This document shows, piece by piece, positions 61,644 to 62,648 of a stretch of DNA of 62,648 bases (position 1 is its first letter; every line of letters starts with the position of its first letter). A program made the translations under genes and the position numbers. The notes beneath the pieces are model-generated. The model had not been told where the DNA came from. It saw only the letters and a program-made list of their open reading frames with translations, and ran no database searches. Source of the DNA: Micrococcales bacterium 32-70-13. Lineage in GTDB: Bacteria; Actinomycetota; Actinomycetes; Actinomycetales; Microbacteriaceae. The stretch is from NCBI GenBank assembly GCA_002280615.1, contig NCEJ01000001.1:1-62648 (forward strand). Reading direction: 5' to 3'.

Positions 61644-62648
61644 TTAGACCTTGGGCCGCGAGGCGAACTCCTGGAAGTACGCCTGCGGCGTCTCACGCGC
61701 CGAGAGGCTGACGTTGTCGCGCCCGAGGAAGAAGTGGCCGACCCAGCCGCCGACGACGCGCAGCTTGCGCTCCCACATGGGGATCGCGAGGCCGTGGTAG
61801 CCACGGTGCATAAACCAGGCGATGAGGCCCGTGACGGCGAACCTGCCCGACTGGAAGGCGCCGTAGCCGAGGCCGAGGCCGGCGACCGCGCCGAGGTTCT
61901 TGTGCACGTACTGCTTCGGCGCCTCGCCACGCAGCGCTGCCGCGAGGTTCTTGGCGAGCACCTTGCCCTGGCGCACGGCGTGCTGGGCGTTGGGCACGCA
62001 GTAGCCGCCCACGCCGCCGCCCGTGAGGTCGGGAACCGCGGCGACGTCGCCCGCCGTCCAGGCACCCTCGACGACCTGGCCCTGCTCGTCGACGACGCGC
62101 AGCTCTGCCTGGGCGCGCAGGCGCCCGCGCTCCTCGACCGGCAGGTCGGTGAACCGCACGACCGGGTTGGCCATGACACCGGCCGTCCAGATGACGAGGT
62201 CGCTCTCGAAGCTCTCGCCCGTCGACAGCTCGATGACGCCGCCGACGGCGCTCGTCAGCTGGGTGTCGAGGTGCACGGTCGCGGCGCGTTGGGCGAGGTT
62301 CTTGAGCACCCAGTGGCTGGTCTTGAGCGAGACCTCGGGCATGATGCGCCCCATCGCCTCGATGAGGTGGAAGTGCGTGTCGTCGATCGTGAGGCCGGGG
62401 TACTCGCGCAGCAGCGCGCTCGCGAGGCTGCGCAGCTCGGCGAAGGTCTCGATGCCGGCGAAGCCGCCGCCGACGACGACGACGGTCAGCAGGCGGTCGC
62501 GCTCGGGGCCTGCGGGCAGCAGGGCCGCGCGGTGGAAGTTGTCGATGAGGCGGTCGCGCACGGCGACGGCCTCCTCGATCGACTTCATACCGATCGCGAC
62601 GTCGGCGACGCCGGGGATCGGGAAGGTGCGCGAGACCGAGCCCGCCGT
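61644..62648 (-). CDS. Type II NADH dehydrogenase-like FAD oxidoreductase (5' part lies beyond the window)
   Basis: VVVGGGFAGIE, WTAGV, AGD, PNAQHA.RQ, W..HR.YH. Confidence 0.9.
   Translation of the reverse strand, partial: TAGSVSRTFPIPGVADVAIGMKSIEEAVAVRDRLIDNFHRAALLPAGPERDRLLTVVVVGGGFAGIETFAELRSLASALLREYPGLTIDDTHFHLIEAMGRIMPEVSLKTSHWVLKNLAQRAATVHLDTQLTSAVGGVIELSTGESFESDLVIWTAGVMANPVVRFTDLPVEERGRLRAQAELRVVDEQGQVVEGAWTAGDVAAVPDLTGGGVGGYCVPNAQHAVRQGKVLAKNLAAALRGEAPKQYVHKNLGAVAGLGLGYGAFQSGRFAVTGLIAWFMHRGYHGLAIPMWERKLRVVGGWVGHFFLGRDNVSLSARETPQAYFQEFASRPKV

Overview
High-GC actinobacterial chromosome segment. Gene content and order (glpX-fbaA-ispH-xseAB-DUF4245-carbonic anhydrase-fumC-phoH-uppS-like-hlyIII-greA-ilvA ... 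htpX-lemA ... tRNA-Leu-ndh) are consistent with Microbacteriaceae. About 60 CDS and one tRNA-Leu(UAA) are supported; most other long ORFs in the track are antisense or shifted-frame shadows. Most notable: (1) an AT-richer three-gene island (~20.4-23.16 kb) with a DNA amino-methyltransferase split into two genes in permuted motif order, plus a convergent putative PD-(D/E)xK nuclease; (2) the same 28-bp hairpin found twice (ilvA 3' end and tRNA-Leu 3' end), each time between the gene's current 3' end and a diverged 26-27 bp copy of that end starting GGGTWCGA; (3) an identical 17-bp promoter/operator before a divergent GH36-like hydrolase and a PhyH dioxygenase 7.5 kb apart; (4) a Y-shaped structured intergenic element at ~4.2-4.4 kb; (5) a tandem pair of kinase-like/partner membrane-protein modules with no response regulator; (6) a window-wide bias to GAT Asp codons that creates GGATGC. 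All product calls come from motif recognition by eye; no database search was run.
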